This document shows, in pieces, positions 62,988 to 64,000 of a DNA stretch of 64,000 bases. Source of the DNA: an uncultured Ruminococcus sp. (lineage in GTDB: Bacteria; Bacillota; Clostridia; Oscillospirales; Ruminococcaceae). The notes beneath the pieces were generated by a model that worked only from the letters and a program-made list of their open reading frames with translations, was not told where the DNA came from and did not search any database. Each line of letters starts with the position of its first letter. Positions within the stretch are counted from its first letter, which is position 1. The stretch is from assembly GCA_964540575.1 (NCBI GenBank), contig CAZINI010000010.1, positions 42 through 64,041 of the forward strand, given 5' to 3'. Position numbers and translations under genes: made by a program.

Positions 62988-63308
62988 TCATTTCATTTCT
63001 TTAGCAAGAGCTATCAATAATTCAAGCTGTTTTGGGGAAAGCGACTTGAATGTTGTCATAGCTTCATTCAGCGTACCCGGACTTGTTACATCTTCCTCAA
63101 AGAAGTCTTTAGGCTCAATTCCGAGAAATTCGCAAATGTAAAGGAACATCTGCATAGAGGGCAGAGCTTTCTTGTTCTCAATATTGTTGATATAGCTTTG
63201 ACTTTGCCCTAAGCTCAGGCTCATATCCCGTGCAGAGATATTTTTATCCGTTCTTAACTTTGCAATCCTGCTTGAGATGAATTCGGCATCAATCATTCGT
63301 ATCACCAC
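62988..63308 (-). CDS. XRE-family HTH regulator
   Basis: 106-aa ORF with HTH_3 (RIAKLRTDKNISARDMSLSLGQSQSYINNIENKKALPSMQ). Confidence 0.8.
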   Translation of the reverse strand: MVIRMIDAEFISSRIAKLRTDKNISARDMSLSLGQSQSYINNIENKKALPSMQMFLYICEFLGIEPKDFFEEDVTSPGTLNEAMTTFKSLSPKQLELLIALAKEMK

Positions 63309-63367
63309 CTATATATAATTATAATATATGTAAGTAAGATTTTACCTATACATTGTTTCAATTTGTA

Positions 63368-63396
63368 TTGACATAACAACAATATTTAGGTATAAT
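63368..63396 (+). promoter_or_regulatory. consensus sigma-A promoter
   Basis: TTGACA (63368-63373), 17 nt, TATAAT (63391-63396). Confidence 0.6.
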
Positions 63397-63447
63397 TAGT
63401 ATGGATACCATTTTCAAATCGACACAGACCGTTTGGGGGAGGGTGTG

Positions 63448-63924
63448 ATGATAAATGTATATACTGTCAGCTTATTCGGACACAGAGAGCTGTCCGATGC
63501 TTTTGAAGCGGAAAGGCGGCTTGAAAAGCTTGTTGGGGAGCTGATCCGTACAAAGGAATACGTTGAATTTCTTGTAGGACATAATGGGGATTTTGACACG
63601 CTTGCTTCATCTGTGATACGCAGTGAAATGAGCGCCAATGATTACGGCAATTCTTCTCTTATCCTTGTTTTACCGTATCTGACAGCGGAATATCTGAATA
63701 ATGAGGAAAGCTTTAAGGCGTATTACAATGAAATTGAGATATGCGAAAAGTCTGCCGATGCTCATTTTCGGGCTGCATTACAGATAAGGAACAGATATAT
63801 GATAGACCGTTCGGATTTGGTAGTCTGCTATGTGGAACGAAAAGTCGGCGGTGCATATAACGCCTTACGGTATGCCGAAAAGAACAAAATACCCTTTATC
63901 AACCTTGCTTTGTCAGATTTGTGA
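63448..63924 (+). CDS. DUF1273 / YpsA-like SLOG-family protein
   Basis: About 158-aa ORF with the YpsA-like pattern (SLFGHRELS ... FLVGHNGDFDTLA ... LVLPY ... RNRYMIDRSDLVVCY). ATG 63448 behind GGGGGAGGG. Confidence 0.5.
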   Translation: MINVYTVSLFGHRELSDAFEAERRLEKLVGELIRTKEYVEFLVGHNGDFDTLASSVIRSEMSANDYGNSSLILVLPYLTAEYLNNEESFKAYYNEIEICEKSADAHFRAALQIRNRYMIDRSDLVVCYVERKVGGAYNALRYAEKNKIPFINLALSDL

Positions 63925-64000
63925 GCCGATATGTACCAATTGTACATTTTGGTATCAAATCTCACAAAAAAATCCAAATCTGTCACAAAAAGCAAATTAT

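Larger units (their letters stand above)
62860..64000. other. unrelated module abutting the truncated giant gene (possible nested insertion or ICE-distal cargo)
   Basis: Abrupt loss of helicase homology, then a convergent XRE gene, a consensus promoter and a SLOG/DUF1273 gene. No recombinase is visible within the window. Confidence 0.3.

Overview
All calls are made by eye from the sequence and ORF track; no database search was run. The window has two parts. Positions 1-9287 look like ordinary Clostridia-type chromosome: lnt, a DUF4363/DUF421 pair, tcdA, two transporters, guaA, a stand-alone guaA ATP-pyrophosphatase paralog and a GNAT gene. From about 9288 to at least about 62859 the DNA is visibly more AT-rich. 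It starts at a displaced tRNA 3' fragment and carries a large integrative conjugative element (ICE). The ICE has these modules: tyrosine integrase and excisionase; an XRE repressor facing a BRO antirepressor; a plasmid-type Rep gene behind 7 iterons; MobC plus relaxase; a frameshifted ParA plus a ParB-like gene; a Gram-positive type IV secretion set (PcfB-like, VirD4, Maff2-like, VirB6-like, PrgI, VirB4, CD1108-like); a YoeB toxin-antitoxin pair; TopB; a GAF-GGDEF cyclase; a DUF3991/Toprim primase-like gene; and a 3393-aa or longer polyvalent methylase/SNF2-helicase protein. That giant gene loses homology at about 62.86 kb, where an unrelated XRE + DUF1273/SLOG module begins. The most unusual signal is a 19-bp perfect palindrome, AATTCCCC-NNN-GGGGAATT. 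It occurs at 13 loci (15 good copies plus 1 degenerate copy) and only inside the element. Most intergenic copies sit 16-19 nt upstream of start codons. Other copies lie in frame inside ORFs, including an identical 43-nt tandem copy in both topB and the giant gene. Other points of interest are an 8-kb palindrome-punctuated cargo block (two DEDD exonuclease-like genes, radical SAM, two DUF4116 proteins, GNAT), a domain shared between the cyclase and the giant protein, a 10-bp tandem array upstream of the T4SS operon, and direct repeats bracketing a GNAT-fold cassette. Coordinates of short motifs may be off by 1-2 nt.
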